DNA of 64,000 nt from the NCBI GenBank assembly GCA_951406725.2, contig OX597835.1, positions 36,332,001-36,396,000 on the forward strand, read 5' to 3'. This document shows positions 13,646 to 28,589 of this stretch, piece by piece. Each line of letters starts with the position of its first letter. Position 1 is the first letter of the stretch. A program made the translations under genes and the position numbers. Source of the stretch: Octopus vulgaris (taxonomy: Eukaryota). The notes beneath the pieces were generated by a model that was not told the origin of the DNA, searched no databases, and worked only from the letters and a program-made list of their open reading frames with translations.

Positions 13646-14309
13646 CAGGCAGACAGACAGACAGAAATGATAGATAGGTAGGAAGTGCGTTGGGATTCAT
13701 GAAGAGGGTACGAAATCGGGAATTAGATGGAGGCGCTTTAATATTAATAACCCGAGAAGACATAAAAGAGGGGGAGGAGGAGAAGAAGAAGAAGAAGAAG
13801 GCGATGACGACGATGATAATGATGATGACGATGATGATGATGATGATGATGATGATGACGATGACGATGATGATGATGATGACGACGACGATGATGATGA
13901 TGATGATGACGATGATGAAGATGAAGATGATGATGGTGGTGGTGGTGGTGGTGGTGGTGGTGGTGGTGGTGGTGGTGGTGGTGGTGGTGTTGGTCGTGGA
14001 AATTTTGATAATAGCGATAATTATATTGAGCATGACGCTGATGATTAAGTTGATGATGAGGATGATGATAACACAACTAGAACAGGAAAAAGAACGCAGG
14101 TGGCGCTGGTGGCGCTGCTGGTTTTGCTGGTGGTGGTGGTGGTGGTGGTGGTGGTGAAAATGATGAGTAGGAAACGATAGAGGAAACTGTTAATGGTCTT
14201 TTATGGTATCAATACCGGCTGTAGTGCTGCTGTGACGGCCTCCAGCCCTCACCGCAGGGAAACCTTCGAGGGTCGGCGTGGGGGGGGGGACTTTCGACTT
14301 ATCTATTAT

Positions 14310-14530
14310 TCTTTCACATATTTCAGTCATTAGACTACGGCCATGCTGGGGCACCGCCTTGAAGAATTGTTAATCGAATGAATCAACTGCAGTAGTTTTG
14401 TATTTTTTAATAAAGCCTGGCACTTATTCTATCGGTCACTTTCGCCGTATCGCTAAGTTACGAGGACGTAAACACACCAACACCAGTTGTCAAGCGGTGA
14501 TGGAGGATAAAGACAAAACACAAAGACCCA
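14310..14530 (-). mobile_element. SINE family A, 3' half
   Basis: Reverse complement of the family A 3' half (CTAAGTTACG...GGTTGTCAAGCG-like). Confidence 0.8.
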
Positions 14531-14543
14531 CACACTCACAGAC

Positions 14544-15185
<642 letters not shown>

Positions 15186-15187
15186 CG

Positions 15188-15485
15188 TGGAGGCGCAATG
15201 GCCCAGTGTTTAGGGCTGCGGACTCGCGGTCGTAGGATCGCGGTTTCGATTCCCAGACCGGGCGTTGTGAGTGTTTATTGAGCGTAAACACCTAAAAGCT
15301 CCACGAGACTCCGGCAGGGGTGGTGATCCCTGCTATACTCATTCGCCACAACTTTCACTCACTCTTTCTTCTGTTGGCCTGCTCGCTTAGCCAGCGGGGT
15401 GGCCTCATTCAAAGGTTAAAACAATGCGAACGGATTGTGACTAGCGATGTGTAACAACATCTGATGGTCTGGTCGGTCACGTGAT
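15188..15485 (+). mobile_element. SINE family C, tail type 2
   Basis: GGAGGCGCAATGGCCCAGTG...GGTTTCGATTCCC head; tail also seen at 35620-35730. Confidence 0.85.
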
Positions 15486-15562
15486 ATCATATAAATATAT
15501 ATATGTATATGTATGTATGTATGTATAAAATCAAAATATGCAACAAGGATATCCAGAGGTAA

Positions 15563-15654
15563 TGCAGTACGAACGTTTCATGCAACTCCATTTAATTAGA
15601 CAATACAATCATTTCATTACATCAATTTAAAATGTAGAGCAATCTTCAGCTGCA
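15563..15654 (-). ncRNA. Type I hammerhead ribozyme with extended stem II (in PLE 3' fragment ~15530-15775)
   Basis: Minus strand TGCAG-CTGAAGA-TTGCTCTACATTT...AAATGGAGTTGCAT-GAAA-CGTTCG-TA-CTGCA; homologue at 49186-49273 shows a compensatory stem I change. Confidence 0.75.
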
Positions 15655-15782
15655 CAAAGACATAGAATTTAATTAAATTAGAACAGAAGGACACATTAGT
15701 ATAATTTTACCTAAGATCTCCACGAAGTTAGGTTGATAGACAAAGAACATGTTTTACCTACAACATCATAGTTGTATATATA

Positions 15783-15925
15783 CATACAACGGGTTTCTTT
15801 CAGTTTCTGTCAACCAAATTCACTCACAAGGCTTTTGTCAGCGTGAGGCTTTTGTAGAAGACACTTGCCCAAGGTGCCACACAGTGGGACTGAACCCGGA
15901 ACCTTGTGCTTGGGAAGCAAACTTA
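15783..15925 (-). mobile_element. SINE family A, 5' half
   Basis: Reverse complement of the family A head. Confidence 0.8.
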
Positions 15926-16203
15926 ACGCAGAGCTACGTCTTCGTCTTGCTAGAATTACTAGTCAGATCTCTCCAAAATCACATTTATACTGGTCTTAAA
16001 ATTGGGAGGACACGACGAATACGTTAGTGCTAGGCATATGTAAAAGCAGATGGGATGGTCACGACTGGCGTGTCATTAATCATACATCTGATCGTTCATA
16101 TCGGATCCGGTGGGGGATTGCTAAACAACAACATCATTGATTTGTTGTAGCAGCGCTTCTCGTCATTAGGGAAATTTTACCATCAACATCAGCATCAACA
16201 TCA

Positions 16204-16575
16204 GGAGGCGCAATGGCCAAGTGGTTTGGGCAGCAGACTCGCGGTCGGAGGATCGCGGTTTCGATTCCCAGACTGGGCGTTGTATGTGTTTATTGATCGA
16301 AAACACCTAAAGCTCCACGAGGCTCCGGCAGGGGGTGGTGACGACCCCTGTTGTACTCTTTCGCTCCAACTTTCTCTCATTCTTTCTTCCTGTTTCTTGT
16401 CCCCGACTCCTTACGCAACCGCTGAGCCTGGATGCGCTTTCATCCGTCCGTCGATGCTCTCGGTGTCGGAGGTTGACCTGCTTTCTCTTCTGCGGGTCTT
16501 ATGAATAGCAAAGGACCACGTTTCGGACTTCTCCCACCTTGCGAGCTCTGCGGCGAAGACCGTTCGCTCAACAGC
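16204..16575 (+). mobile_element. SINE family C, tail type 3
   Basis: Same head as 15188 with an unrelated 3' module. Confidence 0.8.
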
Positions 16576-16776
16576 AATAGCAACAGCATCAACATCAACA
16601 TCATCAGCATCAACATCATCATCGTCAGCATCACCATCATCATCGTCATCGTCGTTGTCATCTATATGTTCCCCTCCTCTTCCTCCTCATCATCATCATT
16701 ATCATCATCATCGTCGATATCGCTTCGTCGTCGTTCGTAATAGGGTCGGATAACTAGCACATTGAGGGTAATTGGC

Positions 16777-17045
16777 ACTATTCTAAGGCGGTAACGAGAC
16801 GGTGACGGGAACAAAAGTTAACCACAAGTCCTTGGGCCTGCAGCTCGGTTCCTAAAGAGGAGGCAGGTCCATATGATCCAACAGCATAGTTGGGTGCTGG
16901 ACCCATAAACGGACCAGTTAAATTGCTCGGAGTTTGGTTTGATCCAAACCTCCAGGTGGACAAGAACTAGGAAGAGGTGACGACCAAGGTGACTAGCGTA
17001 ATACAGAAATGGACAGAGAGGGACCTATCCCTAATGGAATAGGTC
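16777..17045 (+). pseudogene. Tx1/L1-clade non-LTR retrotransposon, RT C-terminal fragment
   Basis: Frame reads GPVKLLGVWFDPNLQVDKN*EEVTTKVTSVIQKWTERDLSL, typical of the Tx1/L1 thumb region; contains stops. Confidence 0.65.
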
Positions 17046-17049
17046 CCTC

Positions 17050-17990
17050 TCAGACAGTACCATATTCTCAGACGGTATCATAATCCCTTAAGGTTCCACA
17101 TTCATGTTAACTCTACAGTTGTTTGTATTTCGAGAATCTCCCTATTTCTTTTAGAGATGCATTTGTCATCTGTTGGGACTTGTAGGTCAATTAGAAAGCA
17201 TTTTGTTTTCTCAGGGATCTCTGATAGCAATATCTGGGGTTTAGCTTTGATACCCCTACTTGGTTGTATTGTTATGAGGGCCCATTCTCTGATAGCTTCT
17301 CCGTGGTATATCTATACCATCTTTTTTCTGTTCACACTCCATAGTATTGCAACTTCCCGTGTATGATAGTCCCAATTCTATCATGTTCATAGATATATAC
17401 CTTCTTGACCATGAGCGAGCAGCCAGAAACAATACCATTTATTGTTTCTTGCCCATCAATACATATTCTGCAGCTACTTATTGTATTCGGCTTCCAAGTG
17501 TTTCTTTGGTGGTTTCTATTGTGAAGTCTTTCATTTTGTACCACAGTTAGCAGCCCTCTAATTTCTGCTCTGAATCCCATGCATCTCAGCCTGTTTTGTG
17601 ATTTCACTTTGTCTATTTCTTTTCTATGCAGCACGAAGCTTTGTCAGTGACGAAAATATTTTGACAAATTAAATTTAAATGTTGAAGTGAATCTAACGGT
17701 TTTGTGTATTTCTTAAATGGCTTATAAACACCTTCCACGCTGCAATTGTTTTCGTTCCAGCACACGATCACAGATCAAGTCACTCGCTATGCAAGTACAT
17801 CTCCGTATTTCTTTTCTGTTCGCTTTATTCCAGTATTTGCCATGTAAGGGTATTTCTTGCCGTCGTTTTACCATAGCATTCTTTAGTTCCGGTCTCAGCT
17901 CTGATTTTAGCAGCTTTACAGTTTTTTTTTGTTATTTCTTCTTGGTTTTTTGGGGGGTTTTTTATAGCTATCGGCTATTATGGCCTCTGC
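17050..17990 (-). pseudogene. R4/Dong-like (RLE-type) non-LTR retrotransposon, C-terminal fragment
   Basis: PLHGKY, AEIRGLLTVVQ (AETEGLI-type), zinc knuckle CRIC..ETINGIVSGC..YIYEHD and CFLID-type RLE motif; frameshifted. Confidence 0.75.
17626..17805. mobile_element. 180-bp insertion with 12-bp TSD inside the R4-like element
   Basis: TATTTCTTTTCT at 17614-17625 and 17806-17817; removing the insert restores the reading NKANRKEIDKVK. Confidence 0.8.
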
Positions 17991-18144
17991 TTTGTATGTA
18001 ATGTCGCCAATATATTCTGTCTTGAGTTGGGAGAAAGCAAGCAAACTTTATTCTATCTGATCTTTAAAATACGTTATAAATTCTAATATTGAGAGATCAT
18101 CCGATTTTATCATATCTGCAACTTATACAAAATCTGCCACGGAC

Positions 18145-18181
<37 letters not shown>

Positions 18182-18286
18182 TGGGGTGGTCAGAAAAAGA
18201 GATGAGAAAAGCTACTACTAGCCATCTGTTTATCTGGTTTTAAATCTTTCTCTTCTAAAAGCTTTATATTCTACTTTTTGTTTCTC

Positions 18287-18330
<44 letters not shown>

Positions 18331-18571
18331 CATATACATACATGCATTTATATATACATATATATATACGTATATGTGTGTGTAATGTATTGATTCCCCT
18401 GAGTCTTAAGCATGTACTTCTGCTGTTCTAAAGTGGTATTTCTTAAATGGTATATATTATCAAGCGTATCATTGTGACTATTAATATTTCCCACCTTTCA
18501 GCCTCACCCCATTCCTAATAATCCTAAGTGAATTCTCAAAGTACAAATAAATATAAATCGAATGTTTTATC

Positions 18572-18712
<141 letters not shown>

Positions 18713-18738
18713 AGTCCTGTAGAAGCTCCTTCTATATA

Positions 18739-18788
<50 letters not shown>

Positions 18789-18793
18789 GAAGG

Positions 18794-18844
18794 AGCTTCT
18801 ACAGGACTAGAACTGTTTCATTCAAGAGAAATCTTCAGGAAGCT
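18794..18844 (-). ncRNA. Type I hammerhead ribozyme with all three stems (in PLE-type insert 18781-18916)
   Basis: AGCTTC-CTGAAGA-T-TTC(TCTT)GAA-T-GAAA-CAG(TTCTAGTC)CTG-TA-GAAGCT: 6-bp stem I, GUA cleavage triplet. Confidence 0.85.
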
Positions 18845-18914
18845 GAATTAATTTTACTCTGCTATGTATTGAGTACCTTATTTACTGTGGTTAACCCCGA
18901 ATCAACCCGGGACC

Positions 18915-18978
<64 letters not shown>

Positions 18979-19008
18979 GTTTTCTTCTGCAACTTTTTAC
19001 TCTAATGA

Positions 19009-19046
<38 letters not shown>

Positions 19047-19220
19047 ATTTTCTACTTTTCAATATGTCGGATTGTTTCCAAGATTTACCATCGCTTTCTA
19101 TTTACTGGCTGAGTTTATTATTTTCTTTTTCTCTTTTTCATCATTCATATTATTGTCTACAAACACACTCGGGCGCGCACACACAGGCGGATATATACAT
19201 ATATGCGTGCTTACTGTATG

Positions 19221-19254
<34 letters not shown>

Positions 19255-19564
19255 TGTATGTATGTTATACGTGTGTTTGAAGAGCCGAGCCGACATATTC
19301 GTTAGCACGCCGGACAAAAAGCTTAGCGGCATTTCTTCCCTTCGAGGCTCTTCCCTTTCTGAGTTCATATCCCTTCGAGGTCGATAAGATAAAGTACTAG
19401 TCAAATATTGGACCCGATGTAATTTATCTGTGCCCCTCCCTTCAAAACTGTTGGCCTGAAACCGTACAACAGACCGGCATTATGATCTTGACCACTTAAA
19501 AGCCATCAAAACTGGGTAGCTGGTACTATAAGCCCTTGGACGTGATAAAAAATAAAAGAAAACC

Positions 19565-19932
19565 AGGCGCAGGGGTTACTGTGTGGTGCCGAGTTCAATC
19601 CTACTGTATGGCAAGTGTCTTCTACAATAGCCTCGGGCTGACCAAAGCCTTGGGAGTGGATTTGGTAGACGGAAACTGAAAGAACCCCGTCGTATATATG
19701 TATACATATTTATGTGTGTGTGCCTTTGTGTCTATGATTGCCACCCCATTACCATTTGAAACCCGGTGTTGGTGTGTTTACGTCCCCGTAACTTAGCGGT
19801 TCGTTAAATGAGACCAACAGAATAAGTACTAAGCTTTAAAAATAAGTACTGGACTCGATTCATTCGCCTAAAAATTCAAGGCGCTGCTCCAGCCCGGCCG
19901 CATCTATTGACTGAAACAAGTAAAAGATAAAA
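19565..19932 (+). mobile_element. SINE family A, diverged
   Basis: Homology to the 11640 copy throughout. Confidence 0.85.
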
Positions 19933-19965
19933 AATATATGTGTTCATATTTATATATTCTAAAAC

Positions 19966-20272
19966 TGGTACTCCGTCGGTTACGACGATGTGGGTTCCAG
20001 TTGATCCGATCAATGGAAGAGCCCGTTCATGAAATTAACACACAAGGGGTTGAGGACTCCATGGATATGCGTACCTTTATGCAGTTCTGAAGAATATTCA
20101 GCGAAATACAGAATGTGACAAGGCTAGCCACTTTGTAATTACAGAAACAAAACATTTTGGCCATTTGAGTGAACTGGACGAAGGTGAAAGAAAGTGACTT
20201 GCCCAGGGGAATCGAATATACAACCTTACGATCGTGGGCCGAATTGCCTAACCAGGAAGTCACGGGCCTTCA
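19966..20272 (-). mobile_element. tRNA-derived SINE sharing its tail with the 28818 copy
   Basis: ACTCCGTCGGTTACGACGA...GTTGATCCGA tail shared with 28828-28870; different head. Confidence 0.7.
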
Positions 20273-20508
20273 CTGGCTATAAGGAGACAGAGTGCAACGG
20301 CGATTCTGTAAACTAAGGTTTCAGTGACCCGATGGGGAACACTATTAGTTCTATAAAAATATTTTAGAAGTTCTTACTATCCACGTATCAGCCAGTTCAC
20401 TCTAATCTGTGAATTATCATACAAACTCTACAATAGAGAAAGGGGAAAATATGAGTGTCTTCTGTATTACTAATCTGTAAAATTTCTCTTTAGAAAGCTT
20501 TTGGACTT

Positions 20509-20551
<43 letters not shown>

Positions 20552-20771
20552 GTGGTGTTTGTATTGGCTTTGTGTTGTTTTTCTATATAATCCGATGATT
20601 CTTTGAATCTAAGCTTGTACTTCTGTTTCAAAGTATTTATTTTCTAAATGGTAAGTTATTTGCTAAAGTATTATTGTAATTATTAATATAACACCTTTCG
20701 TTCTTAATCCTCTGAAAATTCCGAAAGTACATTTAAACCTTGTTTCCATTTACAGCTTAGATAGACACAGC

Positions 20772-21730
<959 letters not shown>

Positions 21731-21862
21731 CATATATAGGGTGAATACTTGATAAGTATAAGCACCTGTATATGCCAGATAGTGGCAGAGGTGAGAGAGA
21801 ATATATCACAATTGTTTTCTGTTTTTAATTTTATTTGATATATATACATATCTGTCGCTATA

Positions 21863-21910
<48 letters not shown>

Positions 21911-22186
21911 CTCTGTGACATCTTTCGTGTACCGCAGCTGAGGGCAAAGAAATGAGTGGTTGACAAGGTGTAAGTGTATTCTTGCGACCTTACGCTTACC
22001 TAAAGTGAAAGCAATGGCGTCGTGCAAGATAAAGAAAGAATTTTCAGCAAACATGCCACACTCAAATGCTTATGACACTCGAGTGGGCGTTACAGAGTGT
22101 ATCGAATAAAATAAGGTTTTATCTTTAATATTACGAGGGTCAATTTGTTCCATGGTTTCTTCTCGTTGATATTAGTGGTGGCATTA

Positions 22187-22410
22187 AGGGGAGTGGGGCG
22201 GGCTGGCAGAATCATTAGCAAACCAGGCAAAAAAGCCTTAGAAGCATTTCGTTCGTTTTTACGTTCTCAGTTCAAATCCTGCCGAAATTGACTTTGTCTT
22301 TCATTCTTCCGGGTTCGATAAAATAAGTACCAGTTGAACACTAGGATCTATGTAATCGACTTAACCCTTCCCTCGAGACTTCCGGCCTTGTGTCAATATT
22401 TGAAACCAAC
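22187..22410 (+). mobile_element. SINE family B, diverged
   Basis: CTGGCAGAATCATTAGCA...GTTCAAAT...CTTTCATTCTTCCGGGTTCGATAAAATAAGTACC. Confidence 0.75.
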
Positions 22411-22719
22411 ATAAGTAGAATTTTAAGGGTCCATGAAAAACCTTTGCTTTAGATATATTTGTAACAGGAAGTAATTTGGTTTCTTTCTCAAATGCTTTAC
22501 TTAGTTCAACAAGTCTCTGGCCATTGAAACACGCTCTTTCAGTGAGTTCTCTTGCAAACCTACGCAAGTGAATGTGTGGAAAACAAAATAAGAATTTTGA
22601 AAGAAGTATCTATAAAGCAGTTTTATTTTTCTTGCCAAATAAACACACGCATTATATATTCGTTCTTCACTCGTTTATTATTGTTCTTATTTTATCTTAT
22701 GTCCTATCTCTCTCTCTCT

Positions 22720-23082
22720 CTATCCGCTCAGTCGAAGTCGACTTTCGGTCACTCGTTGGATCAGTGTCCTCCAGTCAGTTCTATCCTGGGTCGCTTCCTT
22801 CAGACTGGCCATGTCCATTCCGGTATCACTCTTGATGGTGTCAAACCAGCGGGTTCTTGGTCGGCCTCTTCCTCCCTTGCCACTGACCATTCTGAGCATG
22901 ATGTCCTTCTCCAGGGATTCTCTCCACATAATATGACCGAAATATGCCAATCTACGCTTGGTGATCCCAGCTTCTAGCGACATTCTCGGCCTTATCTACT
23001 TAAGAACCTCTCCATTGGTGAGCCTTGCTGTCCATGGAATCCGCAAAAGTCTTCTCCAACACCAAAGCTCGAATGCATTAAT
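22720..23082 (-). pseudogene. RTE/BovB-clade LINE 3' end
   Basis: INAFELWCWRRLLRIPWTA..RRLAYFGHIM..LEKDIM..GRGRPRTRWFDTIK..DRTDWR..VTESRLRL; (GA)n tail. Confidence 0.9.
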
Positions 23083-23504
23083 TGACTGGAAATCTTTCGA
23101 CACTCATCTGTGATATCCTCAGCGACTCTTCTGCCATCCTGCGTGTCTCTTCCTGTTTTGTTTAGTCCATTCTAGACAGAACAGGAGGATGCAAGTGGAT
23201 GGAAGAGTCACTGAAAAGGTCAGGGTGTGTGACGAAAGACTCCCAGACACTGGACATATGATAAAATAAGAACAATAAGAAACGTATATATAGCGTGTGT
23301 GTGTGTGTGTGTGTGTTTATTTGGCCAGAAAAAACGACCGTCCCGAAATATAACAATATATGTTTCTATACACAGTTTCGCATCAGGAATCTTGCAAAAC
23401 AAATTCGTAAACGTATCTATAAAAATAATTTTTAATCGTCAAATGGCTATGGTGGGTGAGTGAATGGAGAGCACCAAAATAAAACAATAATCAAAAGAGT
23501 ATAC

Positions 23505-23924
23505 CTATTTCTTTACTACCCACAAGGGGCTAAACACTGAGAGGACAAACAAGGACAGACAAACGGATTAAGTTGATTATATCGACCCCAGTGCGTAACT
23601 GGTACTTATTTCATCGACACCGAAAGGATGAAAGGCAAAGTCGACCTCGGCGGAATTTGAACTCAGAACGTAGCAGCAGACGAAATACCTATTTCTTTAC
23701 TACCCACAAGGGGGCTAAACACAGTGAGGACAAACAAGGATAGACAAACGGATTAAGTCGATTATATCGACCCCAGTGTGTAACTGGTACTTATTTAATC
23801 GACCCCGAAAGGATGAAAGGCAAAGTCGACCTCGGCGGAATTTGAACTCAGAACGTAGCGGCAGACAAAATACTGCTAAGCATTTCGCCCGGCTTGCTAA
23901 AGATTCTGCCAGCTTGCCGCCTTT
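23505..23924 (-). mobile_element. SINE family B, head plus 2 body units, 14-bp TSD
   Basis: TCAAAAGAGTATAC at 23491-23504 and 23925-23938. Confidence 0.92.
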
Positions 23925-24054
23925 TCAAAAGAGTATACAGGTAACAAAAAAATTGATGGGAATCACTGTTTTGAGATACTTTCAGGTTAGACACCCCTAT
24001 ATATATTTAATATCTAGAACAAGAAAATAGCATGGTCATGATAATGCGTTTATT

Positions 24055-24216
24055 GGCGCAGTTCTGGTTGTGTATAAGAAGTTCGCTTTGAAACCACTTG
24101 GTTCAGGGTTCACTCCTGCAGCATAGCTCCTGGTACATGTGTCATTTACTATATTTCTGTACCAACCAATGCCTTGAAGTGAATTTGGTAGACGGAAATG
24201 GTGTGGAAGTCTGTCT

Positions 24217-24278
<62 letters not shown>

Positions 24279-24640
24279 TTTATGTATGTGATTGCGTATT
24301 TGTCCCATACCATCGCTTGACAACCGATGTTAGTTTGTTTAGGTTGACATAAAATTGTAGAGGCTCGGCAAAAGAGATCGATAGAATTAGTACTAGGATT
24401 CAAAGAAATAAATTAGTGCCAGGATCGATTTCTTCGATCAAATGAATAAAAAAAAGCTTAACATAAGGCGTAGGAGTGGCTGCGTGGTAAGACGCTTACT
24501 TACAAACCACATGGTTCCGGGTTCAGTCCCACTGCAAGGCACCTTGACTAAGTGTCTTCTACTATAGCCTCGGGCCGACCAAAGCCTTGTGAGTGGATTT
24601 GGTAGACGGAAACTGAAGGAAGCTCGTCGTATATATGTAT
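24055..24640 (+). mobile_element. Two SINE family A copies (old diverged copy; younger 5' half from 24466)
   Basis: Homology to the family A head and body. Confidence 0.8.
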
Positions 24641-24641
24641 G

Positions 24642-24672
<31 letters not shown>

Positions 24673-24678
<6 letters not shown>

Positions 24679-24819
24679 ACTAGGTATTTCATGAATTACC
24701 TGGATGAATTATTACATTGTAGGATGTAATGGTTTTATACACTTTAACTGACTCAGCCAGGTAATTCATGAAATACTTAATTATTCCATGAAATATCTGA
24801 ATTATATACTTTAACGGCG

Positions 24820-24822
<3 letters not shown>
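24673..24822. mobile_element. Small inverted-repeat element (second copy 28296-28398, opposite orientation)
   Basis: 20-bp IR GTATTTCATGAATTACCTGG 24684-24703 / 24757-24776; both copies sit in microsatellites. Confidence 0.7.
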
Positions 24823-24901
<79 letters not shown>

Positions 24902-25101
24902 TTTGCAAGATTCTTAATGTGAATTCGTGTGTTGAAGCATATTTTATTGTGTCTGGAGAGATATATCTGTGTGCGTGTGTGTTTGTGCCTATATTTCTGT
25001 ACCTAAAGATAGTTCACTGTAACACACTGTTACTCGAGGGTTTGGCAACCCTCATTATGGTAACGCCCTTCCGTTGCTACTACTGCTGTTACGTTTGCTG
25101 T

Positions 25102-25133
<32 letters not shown>

Positions 25134-25561
25134 TTGCTACTACTGCTGCTGCTACAAATAACCACGATGATCTTCATACCCCACATTAGTTGACCTTGTG
25201 CCAATAAACGGGTACATGAGCGAATGGAAGAATCCAATAGATAGATAGATAGATACATACATACATACATACATACATACATACATACATACATACATAC
25301 ATACATACATACATACATACAAAGACAGACAGATAGATGGATAGATAGATAGATAGATAGACAGATAGATAGATAGATAGATAGAAGATAGATAGATAGA
25401 TAGATAGATAGACAGATAGATAGATGGATAGATAGACAGACAGATATATTTTGTATATGTATGTATATAGCTTTGTGTACGTATATGTATTTCTTTGTCA
25501 TAAGTACTTTATACATTTACACATGCACATCCACATACAGATACACATATACGTATGTATG

Positions 25562-25661
<100 letters not shown>

Positions 25662-26239
25662 AAGATAGAAAGATAGATATATACATACATACACACATTC
25701 ATACATATACATATATATATATATACATACATACTTACATACATATATATATATACATACATACTTATATACATATATATATACACATACATACATACAT
25801 ACATACATACATACATACATACATACATGTGTACACAAATTACACGCACACGCAAATTTACACACGGGCTGAAACACACACACACACACATACATACATA
25901 CACATACATACATGCATGTGTACAGATAGAGTGATAAAGAGGGAGTTGTGTTTGTCCGAGGGAAGGGAAAAGTGACGTAGGAGGAGGAGAAAGAGGAGAA
26001 AGAGGAGTAGGAGGAGAAGGAGGAGGAAGATTAGATAGATAGATAGACATTGCACACATGTAGTGTGTGTATGTATATGTATATATAAGTTTGTCTGTCT
26101 CTAGCACATTGGCCTTATTCTGTGTGCGCTAAATTCAATTTTCCACTAACGACATTAACGAATCCCTACATGTGATATATGTAATTTCATTGACAAAGAA
26201 TGTTGCAACACTAAACTGAAATTGGCAGCAGAGCGGGAA

Positions 26240-27423
26240 GGGTGGTGGTGGCTGTGGCGGAGGTGGTGGTGGTGGTGGCGGCGGTGGCGGCGGCGGCGGT
26301 GGTGGTGGTGGTGGTGGTGGCGGTGGTGGTGGTGGTGGTGGTGGCGGTGGCGGCAGTGGTGATGGTGGTGACTGTGGTACTGGTGGTGGTAGTGATGTTG
26401 ACTGTGGTGGTGATGATGGTGGTAGTGGGGGGGTGATGTTGACTGTGATGGTGATGATGGTGGTGGTGGTGGTGGTGGTGATAGCGGCGACACTGGTGAT
26501 CGTTGTGATCGTGATGGTGATAATAGTGATGGTGGTGATTGTCATAGCAATGGTAGTGGTGGTGGCGGCGGTGGTGGTGGTGTTGGTGGTGGTGGTGGTG
26601 GTGGTAGTGGTGGTGGTGGTGGTGGTGATGGCGGCGACACTGGTGATCGTTATGATCGTGATGGTGGTAGTGGTGATGGTGGTGGTTGTCATAGCAATGG
26701 TAGTGGTGGTGGCGGTGGTGGTGGTGGTGGTGGTGGTGGTGGTGGTGGTGGTGGTGGTGGTGTTGGTGGTGGTGTTTGTGGTGGTGGTGGTGTTTGTCAT
26801 AGCAATGGTAGTGGTGGTGTCGGCGGTGGTGGTGGTGTTGGTGGTGGTGGTGGTGGTGGTAGTGGTGGTGGTGGTGGTGGTGATGGCGGCGACACTGGTG
26901 ATCGTTATGATCGTGATGGTGGTAGTGGTGATGGTGGTGGTTGTCATAGCAATGGTAGTGGTGGTGGCGGTGGTGGTGGTGGTGGTGGTGGTGGTAGTGG
27001 TGGTGGCGGTGGTGGTGGTGGTGGTGGTGGTGGTGGTGGTGGTGTTGGTGGTGGTGTTTGTGGTGGTGTTGGTGGTGGTTGTGATGATAATGGTGTTGTT
27101 TTTAGGTGGTGATGATGGTGGTTGTGATGGTAGTGAGTGCAGCTATGGTTGTTGTTATTGGGGCGTTGGTCATAGTTTCGGAAGAAGTATGGCGATGGTG
27201 ATAGAAGTTAAATGAAGACGGACACGATGGAGGAGACAATGCCGGTGATGTTGCGGTAATGGTGATGACGATAACGATAACGACGACGAGGACGACGATG
27301 ATGATAACGATGATGATGATGATGATGATAACAACTACGACGACGACGACGATGATGATAATGGCGGTGATAAAATTGATGATAATGGTCATGATACTGA
27401 TTATAACGATGACTATGATGACT

Positions 27424-27454
<31 letters not shown>

Positions 27455-27520
27455 CGATGATGATGATGATGATGACGATGATGATGGTGATGATGATGAT
27501 GATGATGATAACGACGAAAA
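26240..27520. repeat. Compound (GGT)n/(GAT)n array with higher-order duplication
   Basis: GCGGCGACACTGGTGATCGTT recurs three times, the last two ~255 bp apart. Confidence 0.9.
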
Positions 27521-27569
27521 GGGTAGTTGGTGATAGCAGCGATGATGATGATATTTGTGATGGTAAGAA

Positions 27570-27965
27570 GCGTTAGCACTCCGGGCGAAATGCTGAGAGG
27601 TATTTCGTCTGTCTATACGCTCTGAGTTCAAATTACGCCGAGGTCGACTTTGCCTTTCATTCTTTCGGGGTTCGATAAATTAAGTACCAGTCGACTGGCT
27701 CCTTCCCCAAAAATTTCGGACCTTGTGCCTAGAGTAGAAAAGAATATTTGTGTGTTACCTGAAGACGGCGAGCTGGCAGAATCGTTAGCACGCTGGGTTA
27801 AATACTTAGCGGTTTGTCCGTCTTTCCGTTCCGGATTCAAATTCTGCCGAAGTCGTCTTTGCCTGTCATCCTTTCGGGGTCGATAAATTAAGTACCAGTT
27901 ACGCACTGGGGTTGATATAATCGACTCACCCCGCCCCACAAATTACTGTCCTTGTACCAAAATTC
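27570..27965 (+). mobile_element. Two adjacent SINE family B copies
   Basis: Family B core present twice. Confidence 0.8.
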
Positions 27966-27996
27966 GATATATATATGTATATATATATATATATAT

Positions 27997-28136
27997 GCCG
28001 GAGTAAACACATAAATGTGAAACAAGGTGGAAAAAAGAGTACTCAAATACCAGTGGTAGAGTAATATGCTTTATTTTAAGCAGCAGAAAATTCAACAATT
28101 CAGATTTTGTTGAATTTTCTGCTGCTTAAAATAAAG
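27997..28136 (-). mobile_element. Fold-back PLE-type insert (30-bp arms plus 72-nt tail) in (TA)n
   Basis: Arms 28069-28098 / 28107-28136; same family as 52493-52665. Confidence 0.8.
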
Positions 28137-28182
28137 TATATATATATATGTATATATATGTGTATATATATATATATATATT

Positions 28183-28299
<117 letters not shown>

Positions 28300-28401
28300 C
28301 ATGAATTACCTGGCTGAGTCAATTAAAGTGTATGAAGCCATTACATCCTACAATGTAATAATTCATCCAGGTAATTCCTGAAATACCAAGTTATTCTATA
28401 T

Positions 28402-28501
<100 letters not shown>

Positions 28502-28589
28502 GAAATTTACAGAAAAACAAAAGACGAAGATAGGTGTATAAACAACAAGCAGATGTTTTTTTGTTTGACGCTCGGGAAGGCGAGAGAGT

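Noticed and set aside
15188-15262. tRNA-like sequences at SINE heads
   Set aside because: They continue into SINE bodies, some with TSDs; not standalone tRNA genes.
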